Shown here: positions 63,518-64,000 of the stretch, in pieces
How the letters are laid out: the number at the start of each line of letters is the position of its first letter
How positions within the stretch are numbered: the stretch's first letter is position 1
Assembly: GCA_963805855.1 (NCBI GenBank)
Contig: CAWDVW010000005.1
Coordinates: forward strand, 832,001 to 896,000
Origin: Candidatus Dadabacteria bacterium
Lineage (GTDB): Bacteria; Desulfobacterota_D; UBA1144; Nemesobacterales; CSP1-2
Reading direction: 5' to 3'
DNA length: 64,000 nt
The notes under the pieces: model-generated
Told to the model about the DNA's origin: nothing
Database searches by the model: none
Seen by the model: only the letters and a program-made list of their open reading frames with translations
Program-made: the position numbers and the translations under genes

Positions 63518-64000
63518 ATGATTAATTGGTTCTATTTTGTGCTGCAGACTGCCGAGGTTGTAGAGATGAAGGAAGTAAGGGTGCTTGGACTCATAACATC
63601 GGCTGGCCCAGTCGTAAAAGTTGTCCTCTTTTTGCTATTGCTAATGTCGATAATCTCCTGGGCAATTATTTTTTCAAAGCATTTTATGCTCAGGAAAGCT
63701 ATGAAAAGATCCGAAAAATTTTTAGATCTTTACAATTCAACTGGAAATTTCAGTAATCTCTACCAGTCAACTAAACACTTAAAAGGTCCTATAGCGAACC
63801 TTTTCAGATCAGGTTATGAAGAGCTCCTTAAGATAAAGAGGTCTGGAACCGGGGGCGCAGTGAGAAACCCAGAATCCCAGAGCAATCCCGAAATGGTATT
63901 TGCGGCGGATCTAGGCGTAGTGGAACTTGTTGAAAGGGTATTAAAAAAGGAAATGTCTGCCGAGGTCTCTAGACTTGAGAGCTCGCTCATTTTTCTTGCA
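63518..64000 (+). CDS. tolQ: TolQ (MotA/TolQ/ExbB family), runs off the window end
   Basis: Manual translation GPVVKVVLFLLLLMSIISWAIIFSK...RLESSLIFLA; lies downstream of ruvB as is usual. Confidence 0.85.
   Translation, partial: MINWFYFVLQTAEVVEMKEVRVLGLITSAGPVVKVVLFLLLLMSIISWAIIFSKHFMLRKAMKRSEKFLDLYNSTGNFSNLYQSTKHLKGPIANLFRSGYEELLKIKRSGTGGAVRNPESQSNPEMVFAADLGVVELVERVLKKEMSAEVSRLESSLIFLA

Noticed and set aside
63239-63756. ORFs 63239-63436 and 63526-63756
   Set aside because: The first has no supporting motif or RBS; the second is an alternate frame of tolQ
1-64000. CRISPR array, cas genes, rRNA or full-length tRNA
   Set aside because: No regularly spaced repeats with unique spacers seen; the REPs at 60.5-61.3 kb are irregular and overlap genes; only a tRNA 3' half was found

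Overview
Low-GC bacterial chromosome segment; gene style is tentatively Desulfobacterota/'Dadabacteria'-like (inference only). Bases 1-3430 look like the right end of an island integrated at a tRNA(CAT): nested IS ends, a mosaic Cys/Gln/Tyr-rich lipoprotein, a frameshifted IS3 copy, a broken gene and a tRNA 3'-half. The rest is mostly core and stress genes: an RpoD-like sigma, sodA, mlaF-like ATPase, comEC, ispF, PIN/TRAM, hsp20, a P460-family cytochrome, tenA, hspQ, msrB, htpX, VKOR-Trx, fadIJ-like genes, egtB-egtD-ECF sigma-ABC transporter, a CNNM/hemolysin gene, clcA, an Rrf2-suf operon, rho, yebC-ruvCAB, a RAYT with REPs and partial tolQ. The most notable items are: (1) a 1419-aa malate synthase + isocitrate lyase + ICL2-type C-terminal domain fusion; (2) an ergothioneine synthesis/putative uptake cluster whose permease gene is bracketed by inverted 7-bp tandem arrays; (3) a RAYT whose REPs overlap three stop codons and its own coding sequence; (4) a Lys-to-Met P460 variant; (5) fragment-rich patches with attC-like hairpins and a reverse transcriptase remnant. 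All calls come from motif recognition by eye; no searches were run.
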